A stretch of DNA of 32,000 nt from Bellilinea caldifistulae (GTDB lineage Bacteria > Chloroflexota > Anaerolineae > Anaerolineales > Anaerolineaceae). Within the stretch, counting starts at the first letter, position 1, and every line of letters starts with the position of its first letter. A program made the translations under genes and the position numbers. Below, in pieces: positions 31,981 to 32,000 of the stretch. The notes below the pieces were generated by a model, which made no database searches, was not told where the DNA came from, and saw only the letters and a list, made by a program, of their open reading frames with translations. The stretch lies in the NCBI RefSeq assembly GCF_001306055.1, contig NZ_LGHJ01000029.1, positions 30,001 to 62,000 on the forward strand. Reading direction: 5' to 3'.

Positions 31981-32000
31981 CTACACACCTCCATGAATTT

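Noticed and set aside
1-32000. Scan for CRISPR arrays, IS or transposase ends, retron- or DGR-like repeats, toxin-antitoxin pairs, restriction-modification genes or other defence genes.
   Set aside because: I saw no regularly spaced repeats, no transposase, reverse transcriptase or recombinase ORFs, and no small adjacent gene pairs of toxin-antitoxin type. The only repeats found are the short ones listed in the features and findings.

Overview
This is a gene-dense, moderate-GC bacterial chromosomal segment with about 30 protein genes and one tRNA. It reads as core and housekeeping genes plus anaerobic-metabolism genes, not as a mobile or defence island.

Recognisable genes, in order:
- nitroreductase-like 3' end, DegV, Fe-ADH with an overlapping ABM-domain gene, RluA-type pseudouridine synthase
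- membrane H+-pyrophosphatase with the K+-independent-type GNTTKA motif, and the primary sigma-70 (RpoD)
- a 938-aa TPR protein with a roughly 600-aa acidic E/P/T-rich core, then Ndk
- a small ORF plus a zinc-ribbon/HEAT protein, tRNA-Asp(GTC), MFS transporter, SDR epimerase
- an FmdE-like protein followed by two paralogous TSUP (TauE/SafE) permeases
- APC permease plus a CBS/ACT protein, a 6TM K+ channel, a frameshifted thermonuclease, TsaC/Sua5
- an 862-aa secreted S8 protease, a Gfo/Idh/MocA oxidoreductase, a Fe-ADH plus tungsten-type aldehyde:ferredoxin oxidoreductase operon, a secreted Cys-rich protein, and an SCP2 protein

Strong GGAGG-type Shine-Dalgarno sites let me move many starts downstream of the ORF-track starts. 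Several of those track starts are TTG/GTG read-through extensions. Many clean intrinsic terminators and a few near-consensus sigma-70 promoters are visible.

I see no CRISPR array, IS element, integrase, toxin-antitoxin pair or recognisable defence gene. I did not find a convincing novel multi-gene system. The best candidates for a second look are:
- the FmdE-TSUP-TSUP operon
- the small ORF (possibly frameshifted) coupled to the zinc-ribbon/HEAT gene
- the polyacidic TPR protein next to rpoD
- the long rpoD upstream region, which carries two perfect palindromes

Two apparent +1 frameshifts both sit in T homopolymers, so assembly error must be excluded first. My lineage guess is an anaerobe, possibly Chloroflexota/Anaerolineae-like; this is inference only.
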